Shown here: one piece after another, positions 22,287-22,635 of the stretch
Numbering within the stretch: the stretch's first letter is position 1
Layout: each line of letters opens with the position of its first letter
Assembly (NCBI GenBank): GCA_002104945.1
Contig: MCFH01000160.1
Location: 1 to 22,635 of the forward strand
Direction: 5' to 3'
Length of the DNA stretch: 22,635 nucleotides
Source: Piromyces finnis finn
Taxonomy: Eukaryota; Fungi; Neocallimastigomycota
Program-made: the position numbers and the translations under genes
The notes under the pieces: generated by a model
Told to the model about the DNA's origin: nothing
Databases searched by the model: none
The model's input: only the letters and a program-made list of their open reading frames with translations

Positions 22287-22635
22287 TAAAATTAAAAAAA
22301 TATAATTGTTTGAAAAAAAAATTATGTAAATAAGATAAAGTTTGTTTGAAGAATTAAGAAAGAAAAAAAAAATTAAATCTTTATTATTATTTATTTGATT
22401 AAAATATTTTAAATATAGACAAAGAGTCAAATTAAATAGTATTGGACCATCAAATATTATTTTATTTAGTATTCAATACTAGGTCCCTTGTAGCTCTTTG
22501 TTGATAACGTAGATATTATCAATTGTTAATATGGAAATGAAAAATTTTCAATAAAAGGAATTAACGGTATTAGTTTCTTTATTGTCACTTACTTAATTAA
22601 GCGGAAAGAAAAAAATAGGTTTAATTCCCCGATTA

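Larger units (their letters stand above)
17319..22635 (-). mobile_element. Ty3/gypsy LTR retrotransposon of the chromovirus type; 5' LTR and PBS lie beyond the window end
   Basis: Domain order gag, CCHC, protease, RT, RNase H, integrase, chromodomain. Confidence 0.95.

Noticed and set aside
18209-22430. ORFs 18209-18409, 21210-21395, 21537-21725, 21641-21997 and 22209-22430 as accessory genes
   Set aside because: They are shadow frames of gag-pol with no recognisable motifs. ORF 22209-22430 only shares the true gag start in its last codons.
22287-22635. 5' LTR or primer-binding site of the chromovirus
   Set aside because: No similarity to 17319-17707 and no clear TGG-starting PBS; this is probably 5' UTR continuing beyond the window.

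Overview
Very AT-rich eukaryotic DNA. Composition, Asn/Lys-rich proteins and gene content suggest an anaerobic gut fungus (Neocallimastigomycota); this is inference only. The window is mostly a transposon cluster around one host-type gene. Left to right: (1) a non-LTR retrotransposon on the - strand (APE endonuclease, RT, CCHC), apparently one long ORF, with a second copy of its 3' end lying tail-to-tail at the window start; (2) a short A-B-A' repeat whose inverted copy lies 5 kb away; (3) between those copies, two tandem tubulin-tyrosine-ligase (TTL/TTLL) domains that are probably one polypeptide; (4) a fragment of a second LINE family and an orphan Ty3/gypsy gag; (5) two tail-to-tail ~400-bp LTR-like repeats, each starting with a tRNA-Gln(UUG)-like A-box/anticodon/B-box module; (6) a chromodomain-bearing Ty3/gypsy element on the - strand whose 5' LTR is outside the window. 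Most ORF breaks I traced are single-base indels, many in homopolymers, so some 'pseudogenes' may be consensus errors. All translations across frameshifts were done by hand.
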